Positions 7,798 to 13,736 of a stretch of DNA of 13,736 bases are shown here, piece by piece. Where the stretch lies: contig JBMFOM010000053.1 in the NCBI GenBank assembly GCA_049969615.1, positions 1 to 13,736 on the forward strand. Reading direction: 5' to 3'. Every line of letters begins with the position of its first letter. The stretch's first letter is position 1. The translations under genes were made by a program, and so were the position numbers. The stretch comes from a candidate division WOR-3 bacterium. GTDB lineage: Bacteria; Hydrothermota; Hydrothermia; JBDRYB01. The notes under the pieces are model-generated. The model had not been told where the DNA came from and did no database searches. It was given only the letters and a program-made list of their open reading frames with translations.

Positions 7798-8145
7798 TTA
7801 CGGCCTGATCGCAACCCGGATCCTATGCTCCACTCTGGAGACAAAATAAACCCCTGGCCGCAGGCTTATCTCCGTATAACCAATATCCACGGCAGGGCAT
7901 CTGTTTCGCGGCCCATGACATCGTAAATGAGAATATCCGCAGGCCCCTTTGACCAACTGATTCGTAGGGTTCCCGGTGTCAGGTTAGGCCATACCTTCAG
8001 AAAAGCTTCCTCACGAGGCAATCTCCTCATCCTTGCCGACATTTGGTTCCAGGTATAAGTCAAGGCTGATACTATAGAAGTTATACGGAACGAGACCCCT
8101 GATAAAGCAATAATAACTTACTGGTTTGGTGAAGGAGCACTTTGT
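7798..8145 (-). pseudogene. Frameshifted remnant of a secreted protein with a T9SS type-A-like C-terminal sorting domain
   Basis: Three pieces joined by two frameshifts: ...YSISLDLYLEPNVGKDEE / LKVWPNLTPGTLRISW...ILIYDVMGRE / VDIGYTEISLRPGVYFV...AIRP* (stop 7798-7800). These are the PN, IYDxxGR and GVYFV motifs of the Por secretion tail. Upstream boundary is uncertain (in-frame stop just above 8145). Confidence 0.7.
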
Positions 8146-8283
8146 CTAAGAGAACGGGTTTCTAAGAGGGGCCACCTACAAAATCCCGCCACGGGGGCAT
8201 TTCCTCAAGGTTCCCTTCTGGCTATGATAAGGCTCCCGGATGGGGACCGAGGGCAAGCCGAAATTGTTCATGGGTTTCTATAC

Positions 8284-8310
8284 ATGATTTTGCGTGGGAA
8301 GTAGGTTATA
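8284..8310 (+). repeat. 27-bp direct repeat, upstream copy of the TonB-receptor promoter segment
   Basis: atgattttgcgtgggaagtaggttata (8284-8310) versus atgatcctgcgcgggaagtgggttata (8483-8509): 23/27 identical. Confidence 0.75.
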
Positions 8311-8311
8311 G

Positions 8312-8412
8312 CCCAGATTTTGCGGCAGGCTGTGAACCTTGAATTACCGATGGATCAGCTCACCTAAGATCGCTCAGTCTATCTTTGGAACTTAGACACC
8401 ACAAAATCTGGG
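8312..8412. mobile_element. MITE-like ~101-bp element with terminal inverted repeats, copy 1
   Basis: cccagattttgcgg (8312-8325) and ccacaaaatctggg (8399-8412) are a 13/14 inverted match. Region 8306-8422 aligns without gaps to 10713-10829. Confidence 0.65.
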
Positions 8413-8482
8413 TTTCATAAGAAACATCAAGACTTAGAACTGTTGCCTCGGGTATGCCCGGTCTTTCCAGCTACTCAGATAA

Positions 8483-8511
8483 ATGATCCTGCGCGGGAAG
8501 TGGGTTATAAT
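8483..8511 (+). promoter_or_regulatory. Sigma70-type promoter of the TonB-dependent receptor (probably leaderless)
   Basis: ATGATC (8483-8488), 17-bp spacer, TATAAT (8506-8511). GTG codons follow at 8514 and 8520. Confidence 0.55.
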
Positions 8512-8513
8512 TT

Positions 8514-10718
8514 GTGCTTGTGCTTATCTTGTGTCTCATCGCCGTCTCGGTTGCTGGTCGCGCAACTGACAGCGAGACATCCGAACCTGTCCCATTCGCG
8601 GGCGTCAAGGACCTGAACACCGGCCAGGGCACCATATCCGATGGGGATGGGTTCTTTTTTCTCGGAAAACTTTCGCCTGGCAGGCATAGTTTCGTTTTTA
8701 CCCAGGTGGGCTATGAGCCTGAGACCCTGACCGTTGTCCTCCCGGAAGATGGCGTTAAGGAGATATATCCGCGCCTCAAAGCCCAGGCCGTCACGGCGAA
8801 GGAGATAGTCACTACAACCAGACGGCAGGAATTTGAGCAGGAGCTTGCCCCAATCAGGATAGAAACGGAGGCAATCAGGACAATGCCAGTGTTCCTGGAG
8901 CCGGATGTGATGAGGATATTGCAGGCCCTTCCGGGCGTAGCGGCTCCAAATGACTTTACTACAGCGCTTTATGTCCGAGGTTCTTCGCCCTCCGAGAACC
9001 TCATCTTGATTGATGGTGCGCCGGTTCTCAATCCATTCCACATGGGTGGTCTCTTCTCAACCTTCTCAACGGACATCCTGTCAGGCCTTGAGTTCTGGAT
9101 GGGCGGTTTTCCCGCGAAATACGGCACCAGGATGTCATCGGTTCTTGATGTCCAGACAAAGGAAGGCGATACCTCCGGCTTACATGGCAACGCGGATATA
9201 TCCATGCTCGCGTCCTCGGTCTTTTTGGAGGGACCCTTGCCCCTCGGTTCCTCATTCGCCCTCTCAGCTAGGAGGACCTATTTTGACAAGGTTTTGCCCC
9301 TTTTCATAAAGGATTTTGAGTTCCCATATTACTTCTATGATCTGCATGGCCGGGCCAGGGTTCCCATAAACTTCCGGACATGGCTGAGCTACACCTATTT
9401 TAGGTCCGGGGATATCCTGGACTTCAACTTTCCGGAGGAATACTACAGGATAAAAATGCCCTGGGGAAATGTGGTCAACTCCGCGAACCTGACCTATCTC
9501 CATTCACCCGAGACATTCAGCAAGCTCCTCATATATCAGAGCTTTTTCAGGATGGACATGCAAGAGGGGTCCTCCCTGCCGTCCGCACCTCCATATGGCT
9601 GGTTCAGGAACGCGGTAACATGCAAGGGTGGCCAGTATTCTCTCAACTGGACCAGAAAAGACGAGGCACTCTCGTTTGGCATTGAGTTTCAGGAGATTGA
9701 TTATTTTTATCATTACTCCATGGGAAACTATGATTTCTCAGTCAGGGCTATACCATGGAGGGCTGGGACCTATGTCTCATACAAAAAGAAATACGGGAGG
9801 CTCATTTTTAACCCCGGAATTAGGCTTGATTATTACAAGGGGTTTTCGGATTTTCTCAGGCCAGACCCGCGTTTTTCGCTCAAGTATTTCCTCACGGATA
9901 ACCTGGCATGGCTCGCATCCGGCGGCGTCTTTCACCAGTATGAGATAGTGATAAACCAGCAGGAGGACATAATGCCTTTTGCTTATTTCTGGCTCCCGGT
10001 CCTGCAGGGTCATGTCCCGCAGAGGTCTTATCACCTGATAACCGGCCTTGAGCAGTGGCTCGGAGAAGCCCTCACCCTCAAGGGAGAGATATACTACAAG
10101 CGTACGCCCGTTTCCTATGATGCTCAATATTCCTATTATTCCCAAGAGGGGTATGAGATAGACGAAGGAGAGGATTTCGTCCTTTCGCCTGGCTACGCGT
10201 TCGGCGCGGACATCCTCCTCAAGAAAGACATTGGCTCTCTGGTTGGCTGGGTGGGCTATTCTTACTGTTATGCCCAACGCCACCAGGATGGGGTCGGCTG
10301 GTATTTTCCCTCATACGAGAAGCGCCATAACGCCAACCTGTTCCTCTCGTATAAACTTGGCAGGTGGAGTTTTGGGACACGCCACAACCTATCCTCTGGC
10401 ACGCCCTACACTGCCAGATTAGGAAGGTTCAGGCGTATTTACTGGACAGAGGATGGGGAAATGGAATACTGGTGGTTTTCGGTCTGGGGAAAGAAGAACA
10501 GCCTCCGGTATCCCATGTATCACAGGATGGACATATTCGTGGAGGTATCATTCCACATTTGGCGGATTCCACTGACAATAACCGGTACTGCGATAAACAT
10601 ATATAACCACGACAATGTCTTCTTCTACTACATGGATTATTCAAAGGAGCCTCCGGTTCGCGAGGTGATGAACCAACTCCCGAGGTTCTTTTCGGTGGGG
10701 ATAAGGAGCCAGTTCTAG
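8514..10718 (+). CDS. TonB-dependent outer-membrane receptor with N-terminal carboxypeptidase-regulatory-like domain
   Basis: Signal peptide; GTISDGDGFF...FTQVGYEP domain; plug motifs LQALPGV, LYVRGSSPSENLILIDG...NPFHMGGLFS and GGFPAKYG.RMSSVLDV; aromatic-rich barrel; C-terminal Phe. True start may be GTG 8520. Confidence 0.93.
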   Translation: MLVLILCLIAVSVAGRATDSETSEPVPFAGVKDLNTGQGTISDGDGFFFLGKLSPGRHSFVFTQVGYEPETLTVVLPEDGVKEIYPRLKAQAVTAKEIVTTTRRQEFEQELAPIRIETEAIRTMPVFLEPDVMRILQALPGVAAPNDFTTALYVRGSSPSENLILIDGAPVLNPFHMGGLFSTFSTDILSGLEFWMGGFPAKYGTRMSSVLDVQTKEGDTSGLHGNADISMLASSVFLEGPLPLGSSFALSARRTYFDKVLPLFIKDFEFPYYFYDLHGRARVPINFRTWLSYTYFRSGDILDFNFPEEYYRIKMPWGNVVNSANLTYLHSPETFSKLLIYQSFFRMDMQEGSSLPSAPPYGWFRNAVTCKGGQYSLNWTRKDEALSFGIEFQEIDYFYHYSMGNYDFSVRAIPWRAGTYVSYKKKYGRLIFNPGIRLDYYKGFSDFLRPDPRFSLKYFLTDNLAWLASGGVFHQYEIVINQQEDIMPFAYFWLPVLQGHVPQRSYHLITGLEQWLGEALTLKGEIYYKRTPVSYDAQYSYYSQEGYEIDEGEDFVLSPGYAFGADILLKKDIGSLVGWVGYSYCYAQRHQDGVGWYFPSYEKRHNANLFLSYKLGRWSFGTRHNLSSGTPYTARLGRFRRIYWTEDGEMEYWWFSVWGKKNSLRYPMYHRMDIFVEVSFHIWRIPLTITGTAINIYNHDNVFFYYMDYSKEPPVREVMNQLPRFFSVGIRSQF

Positions 10719-10819
10719 TCTAGAGTTTGCGCCAGGTTGTAAGCCCTGAATTATCTGGGGTTCGCCCCGCATAGCATTGCTCAGCCTATCTTAGGAATTC
10801 GGTCGCCGCAAAATCTCGG
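10719..10819. mobile_element. MITE-like element, copy 2 (more degenerate left end)
   Basis: Begins right after the receptor stop codon. Its right end gccgcaaaatct is the exact reverse complement of the copy-1 left end agattttgcggc. Hand count gives 83/117 ungapped identity to copy 1 including flanks. Confidence 0.62.
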
Positions 10820-10848
10820 TTCTCTAAGACCTGGGCAGAGCCTTTCGG

Positions 10849-10878
10849 TTGTTCCTGTTTCCCCCATGCCGCTATACT
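10849..10878 (+). promoter_or_regulatory. Sigma70-type promoter, leaderless arrangement
   Basis: TTGTTC (10849-10854), 18-bp spacer, TATACT (10873-10878). ATG at 10885 sits at the expected +1. Confidence 0.5.
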
Positions 10879-10884
10879 TTACCA

Positions 10885-11469
10885 ATGATCCATGATCTTT
10901 TCCTCTGTCTCGGCCTGGTTTCAAAAGCTCCCCCGGCCATAATCACCGGAGATGTCCAGAGCATTAAAAATTTTGATCTCATTGCTTTTTCCGGAGTCAT
11001 ATGCTCGCTGGATGTTGATCGGAACGGGAAAACAGAGACATTCTTTGTATCCGAGGCCAGGGGTTGGCGGGACGAATGGATTGATGGGCAATGGGTTGCT
11101 TATGAGGTTCTTTCAAAGCGCATAAACAAGATAGTCGGCGACGATACCATACAGGTCACCTCTTATTACTTCTCTTTCTCCACAAAGGAAAATACTCCCG
11201 TGTTTTTCGTTTCAGTGGGTTTTCTGGATGTTATCAGGGATAGCGTTATGGACATAGCTGTCGCTTCCTGGAATGATGAGGGTTTTTCCCGGCTTGTGTT
11301 ATATGACCTGTCTGGCATTGAAGGCCGCGAGAGACCAGAGATTGCCGAGCTTGTGCCAGGGCTAAAATGGGCCAGTTATGAGATTGTCTGGCCTCTCGTG
11401 AAGGCCAAAAGCCCTTATGGAACGCGGGAATATGTCTGGGAAAACGGTGATTGGGTTGAGCTTGAGTAG
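10885..11469 (+). CDS. Hypothetical, possibly exported protein with DxDxNG-type motifs
   Basis: ORF 10849..11469 with preferred start ATG 10885 (MIHDLFLCLGLVS..., 194 aa). LDVDRNGKTE and LDVIRDSVMD resemble FG-GAP/VCBS-like loops; ends in YVWENGDWV. Confidence 0.7.
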   Translation: MIHDLFLCLGLVSKAPPAIITGDVQSIKNFDLIAFSGVICSLDVDRNGKTETFFVSEARGWRDEWIDGQWVAYEVLSKRINKIVGDDTIQVTSYYFSFSTKENTPVFFVSVGFLDVIRDSVMDIAVASWNDEGFSRLVLYDLSGIEGRERPEIAELVPGLKWASYEIVWPLVKAKSPYGTREYVWENGDWVELE

Positions 11470-11474
11470 CATAG

Positions 11475-11504
11475 TTGATCCTCAACGGCTCACTGCGCAA
11501 TAAT
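11475..11504 (+). promoter_or_regulatory. Sigma70-type promoter of the dehydrogenase-transketolase-ftsE operon
   Basis: TTGATC (11475-11480), 18-bp spacer, AATAAT (11499-11504; an overlapping TAATAT is also present). GTG start at 11512 has no SD sequence. Confidence 0.5.
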
Positions 11505-11511
11505 ATCTCTC

Positions 11512-12468
11512 GTGAGGATTTGCGTTAGCCGGCCCATTCCCGAATCCGGGCTTTCCATGCTCGTTGACAGAGGGTTCCATGTTACCGTAAGGCGCGATGA
11601 ATTGCCCCCGTCAGAAGGCGAGCTTGTCCAGATGGCTTCGGAATTCCCAATTCTGGTCACCCTCCTGAGCGATCCTGTGACCGAACGTGTCATATCAGCC
11701 GGCGTGAGGATGATCGCTCAGATGTCAGCGGGTTATGACAACATTGATCTGGCCGCGGCTACCAAGCATGGCGTCCTCGTGACCAATACGCCCGGTGTCC
11801 TCACCGATGCTGTAGCGGAATTGACCTGGGCGCTCATCCTCGCTGTTGCCAGACATATCGTTGTCGCGGATTCCTACACTAGGCGGGGATGTTTTAAGGC
11901 ATGGGGTCCTACCCTTTTCCTGGGAACCGAGCTCTACGGAAAAACCATCGGTATCCTCGGGGCTGGCAGGATAGGGACCAGGGTCGGCGAGATAGCCCAC
12001 GCTTTTAGCATGAGGATCCTTTATTTTGACAGGATGCCTTCGGAGAGGCTCAATTCCCTTGGCGGTAGACAGGTTGATCTGCAAACCCTTCTCCAGGAGG
12101 CTGACATTGTGTCCCTGCATCTCCCCCTCAACTATGAGACCCGCGGCCTGATGGGCGCTGATGAGATCCGGCTCATGAAACCCACTGCCATACTCGTGAA
12201 TACTGCCCGCGGCCCCATCTTGGATGAATCTGCGCTCGCGAGCGCTCTACGGGAGGGCAGACTCGCAGGCGCGGGGCTTGATGTTTATGAAAAAGAGCCA
12301 CAGGTTCATCCGGATCTCCTTTGCCTTGAGAATGTGGTTTTGCTACCGCACATTGGCTCTGCTACTTGTGAGGCCAGACAGGCCATGTCCAGGGTTATTG
12401 CCGAGAACATAATCGCCTTTGCTGCTGGCCATAAACCGCCGAACGCGCTTAACCCGGAGGTAATATGA
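11512..12468 (+). CDS. gyaR: D-isomer-specific 2-hydroxyacid dehydrogenase (glyoxylate/hydroxypyruvate reductase, D-glycerate dehydrogenase-like)
   Basis: Motifs AGYDNID, VTNTPGVLT, GAGRIG, VNTARG, AGLDVYEKEP and LPHIGSAT (catalytic Arg/Glu/His present). Family is certain; substrate and symbol are inferred. Confidence 0.9.
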   Translation: MRICVSRPIPESGLSMLVDRGFHVTVRRDELPPSEGELVQMASEFPILVTLLSDPVTERVISAGVRMIAQMSAGYDNIDLAAATKHGVLVTNTPGVLTDAVAELTWALILAVARHIVVADSYTRRGCFKAWGPTLFLGTELYGKTIGILGAGRIGTRVGEIAHAFSMRILYFDRMPSERLNSLGGRQVDLQTLLQEADIVSLHLPLNYETRGLMGADEIRLMKPTAILVNTARGPILDESALASALREGRLAGAGLDVYEKEPQVHPDLLCLENVVLLPHIGSATCEARQAMSRVIAENIIAFAAGHKPPNALNPEVI

Positions 12469-13376
12469 GATACATGCGAGATGCTGTTGGAGAGGTCCTT
12501 TGTGAGCTTGGTGAGCGTGATGAACGGGTTGTGGTCCTGGATGCTGATCTCGGCCACAGCACCCGGGCCGCGGCATTCGGGGACCGCTTTCCGGACAGAT
12601 ACTTTCAGATGGGCATAGCCGAACAAAACATGGTCGGTGTTGCGGCGGGCCTAGCGGCTGAGGGCAAGATACCTTTTGTTTCAACCTTCGCCATATTTGG
12701 AGCGAGGGCCTGGGAGCAGGTTAGGCTCTCGGTAGCGTATTCCGGCCTGCCCGTCAAGTTCATCTTCACCCACGCTGGCCTCGCTACCGGCCCTGATGGC
12801 GCGTCACACCAGATGACCGAGGACATCTCCTTGATGGCCTCGGTCCCGGGCATGACAGTTTTCTCCCCCTCGGATTATGCTTCCGCGAAGTGGGCCCTCC
12901 GCGAGGCTTACACATCCCCTGGCCCTGCTTATGTCCGGATGACCAGGCCAAAAGGTCCGGATGTGTATCCGGAGGATCATCCTTTTGCCCCCACCATTAT
13001 CCATGGAGAACCTGCCGATTTGGCCATAATCTCAACAGGACTATTGACCCCTGTTGCCCTTGAGGCGCAGAGGCTACTCGCTTCAAGGGGAGTGCTATCA
13101 ACCCTTTATGATGTCCTCAGGATCAAACCACTTGAGGCCCTATGGCTCTCTGAGGGACATAGGGCTGTCTTGGTCGTGGAGGATCATGTTCGTCATGGCG
13201 GGCTTTTCTCGTTGGTGGCTCAGTCCCTCGTGGAGTTAGGTTTGCCGGTTCTCGTCAGGTCCATTAACATGGGCGATGGTTTTGGCGAGAGCGGCGAGAC
13301 CGGCGAGCTATACGAGAAATATGGTTTTGCTCCCGAAAACCTTGCCCGGTTGGCCGAGGAGGCCATAAAAGGCTAG
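12465..13376 (+). CDS. Transketolase C-terminal subunit (pyrimidine-binding plus C-terminal domains)
   Basis: Motifs LDADL..ST, GIAEQNMVGVAAGLA, RAWEQVR, GPDGASHQ..ED, GPAYVR, VEDH...GGL and FGESG; 303 aa; ATGA-type 4-bp overlap with the upstream gene. Confidence 0.93.
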   Translation: MRYMRDAVGEVLCELGERDERVVVLDADLGHSTRAAAFGDRFPDRYFQMGIAEQNMVGVAAGLAAEGKIPFVSTFAIFGARAWEQVRLSVAYSGLPVKFIFTHAGLATGPDGASHQMTEDISLMASVPGMTVFSPSDYASAKWALREAYTSPGPAYVRMTRPKGPDVYPEDHPFAPTIIHGEPADLAIISTGLLTPVALEAQRLLASRGVLSTLYDVLRIKPLEALWLSEGHRAVLVVEDHVRHGGLFSLVAQSLVELGLPVLVRSINMGDGFGESGETGELYEKYGFAPENLARLAEEAIKG

Positions 13377-13380
13377 ATCT

Positions 13381-13736
13381 ATGGGAAATGTCCTTGAGTT
13401 TAAAGGAGTTTCAAAGAGTTATCTCGGCAAGGAAGTCCTTTTATCCGCAGATATGGCTGTTCGGGAGGGAGACTTTGTTTTTCTCATAGGGCCGACAGGA
13501 ATCGGGAAGACCACCACTATAAGGCTCTCTTATCTTGATGAGAGGCCTGACGAGGGCAGGGTTATTGTTCTAGGCCATGAGTCCGTGGGCCTAAAAGCCA
13601 GGGATATTCAGATGATAAGGCGCAAGATAGGCGTCATATTCCAGGATTTTAAACTACTGACTGATCGCTCTGTTCTGGACAACGTGGCTTTCGGCCTTGA
13701 GCTCACCGGCGTTCGCTCCCAGGTCGCGCGGCAGAG
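13381..13736 (+). CDS. ftsE: Cell-division ABC ATPase FtsE (5' partial; runs off window)
   Basis: Not in the ORF track. Manual translation gives MGNVLEFKGVSKSY...DFVFLIGPTGIGKTT...RRKIGVIFQDFKLLTDRSVLDNVAFGLE, with a Walker A motif and the FtsE-typical Q-loop FQDFKLL. Confidence 0.85.
   Translation, partial: MGNVLEFKGVSKSYLGKEVLLSADMAVREGDFVFLIGPTGIGKTTTIRLSYLDERPDEGRVIVLGHESVGLKARDIQMIRRKIGVIFQDFKLLTDRSVLDNVAFGLELTGVRSQVARQ

Noticed and set aside
7715-7865. SAH or SAM riboswitch upstream of ahcY
   Set aside because: The predicted leader is only about 35 nt with one small hairpin (7732-7750), no riboswitch consensus is recognisable, and the further upstream sequence is explained by the pseudogene tail.
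7866-8063. 65-aa ORF as an intact small gene
   Set aside because: The sorting-domain motifs continue in other frames on both sides, so it is a pseudogene fragment.
10713-10829. The repeated element as an integron attC site
   Set aside because: It follows a stop codon and is palindromic, but lacks proper RYYYAAC/GTTRRRY ends on either strand, and no integrase is in the window.
35-13239. Numerous short antisense or off-frame ORFs (e.g. 351..656 +, 3070..3597 -, 8505..9041 -, 9777..10283 -, 11725..12120 -)
   Set aside because: They overlap well-supported genes and show no motifs. The periodicity in 351..656 merely mirrors the 33-bp repeat.

Overview
Chromosomal window from a diderm bacterium. 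The T9SS-like sorting tail, TonB receptor and DUF6754-like genes suggest an FCB-related candidate phylum such as WOR-3 (inference). On the minus strand (7714->20) is a tightly coupled run: ahcY, two tandem paralogues with fibronectin-III-like ectodomains fused to a DUF6754-like domain, three further uncharacterised membrane proteins, lspA and a pentapeptide-repeat protein. The five membrane genes look like one uncharacterised membrane complex and are the main candidate for an undescribed system. The 7715-8513 spacer holds a sigma70-like promoter, a frameshifted remnant of a T9SS-tail protein, a duplicated 27-bp promoter segment and a ~101-bp element with terminal inverted repeats. A second, diverged copy of that element sits right after the TonB-dependent receptor gene. 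On the plus strand are the TonB-dependent receptor, a hypothetical protein, a D-2-hydroxyacid dehydrogenase, a lone transketolase C-terminal subunit and the 5' part of ftsE. Three plus-strand genes appear to be transcribed as leaderless mRNAs. All family calls come from motif recognition by eye; no searches were run.
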